Of a stretch of 64,000 nucleotides of DNA, positions 63,065 to 64,000 are shown piece by piece. This DNA comes from Somniosus microcephalus. Taxonomy: Eukaryota. Below the pieces are notes generated by a model. That model had not been told where the DNA came from. It did no database searches and saw only the letters and a program-made list of their open reading frames with translations. Every line of letters begins with the position of its first letter. Positions within the stretch are counted from its first letter, which is position 1. The position numbers and the translations under genes are program-made. Location: assembly GCA_052327205.1 (NCBI GenBank), contig CM126230.1, forward strand, positions 43,896,001 to 43,960,000, in the 5' to 3' direction.

Positions 63065-64000
63065 GTACCAACATGTGCCGTGTCTGTTAAATTCATGCCA
63101 GAGTTCAAAATTTATACTTCAGTCACTTATCACAAGAGTAACGTATCTCTCTCTCTGCTACAATAGCCAGCTCCCGTTACCATGCATCTTTTTAATTTTC
63201 ATATGTAGCCTTAATGCAGAATTGGGTCTGCGAGGAAAAATAATGCTGTGCATTTTGTAGCTTTTAAACGAAGCAATAAATTGGTCAAGAAAATATCTTG
63301 TTGTTTCGAAACCAAAATCCACAAATACTCAGCCAAGAGCAAACTCAGCTAGCTGGCCAAGTTACAGATGTTGACTTTGCTTCTTTAATTGTTTCAATCT
63401 AAAGCAGTCCAGATAAGGAAATGTGCCCAAGCAGATAATGGGAGAGTCAGGAAAGGAGAACAGAAACATGATTTTGAAATGCTATCCATTACCTTAGAGT
63501 GAATTTGAAGCCACTTTGCTGAATAGGACTGTCCAAAACAACTAGACCAAAATACTGTCAGTTTTTTTTAAGCAAATAATTTAAATTGAAGTCACGAGTA
63601 ATGCAAGTATCTGGGGGAACAATAGTTACTTTCTTTTGGCGGGCCGGTTGCAAATTCAAAACCTGCATAAACCGTCTAAGCATGCAAGGGACTGTACGTA
63701 AAAGCCATCCTCCAGATTCGGATTCAAGTTTAATTATATTCCTGTATATCATTCATTTTCACTAAAATGCCCAATATCAAAAAGTAAACCTAGTTATCAT
63801 CCATCCAGAAGAACGCTGATAGATTTACTTTTAATCTTAAGTAGCATCCTATTGTGATAGGACACTACAATTGGAAAAAGCTGCAGCGACAGTCACTGTT
63901 ATAGGTCTGGATAGATTCCCAATGATGCAGACTGCTGTAGTTTAATAATGTTTCTCCTGTGGGGCGAGGCGAGAAAGGAGAGAAGGAAAGGACTTCTCTG

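Noticed and set aside
63700-64000. Searched for the preceding USP54 exon (expected ...QLGIMDDAAECF)
   Set aside because: No matching frame found; it must lie beyond the window.

Overview
Vertebrate genomic DNA, almost certainly a cartilaginous fish (shark/ray), judged from its CR1/L2 LINEs, DeuSINE (SacSINE1-like) copies and Penelope-type repeat ends. No prokaryotic features, rRNA, tRNA genes or CRISPR arrays were found. Most of the window (minus strand, ~11.5-62 kb) is USP54. I traced 18 coding exons, all GT-AG and phase-compatible, totalling 5127 nt (1708 aa plus stop); the 5' exons lie beyond the right edge. The last coding exon of a convergent ABCG2-like gene is on the plus strand at 2708-2855, preceded by a CpG-rich promoter-like block and a 1-kb minisatellite. 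A young, near-intact Gypsy (Mag-like) LTR retrotransposon (18226-22612, ATCTC target-site duplication) sits in a USP54 intron. It lies inside a 5.4-kb block bounded by ~116-bp direct repeats, next to a perfect 72-bp inverted repeat. Most interesting signals: (1) the Gypsy element has no tRNA primer-binding site but has an 11-nt post-LTR segment complementary to its own LTR, suggesting self-priming; (2) minimal hammerhead ribozyme relics in Penelope-type repeats; (3) a C-terminal CxxC-x11-CxxC motif on USP54. None is proven to be a new biological system. TE boundaries and family names are by eye and from memory, not from a database search.
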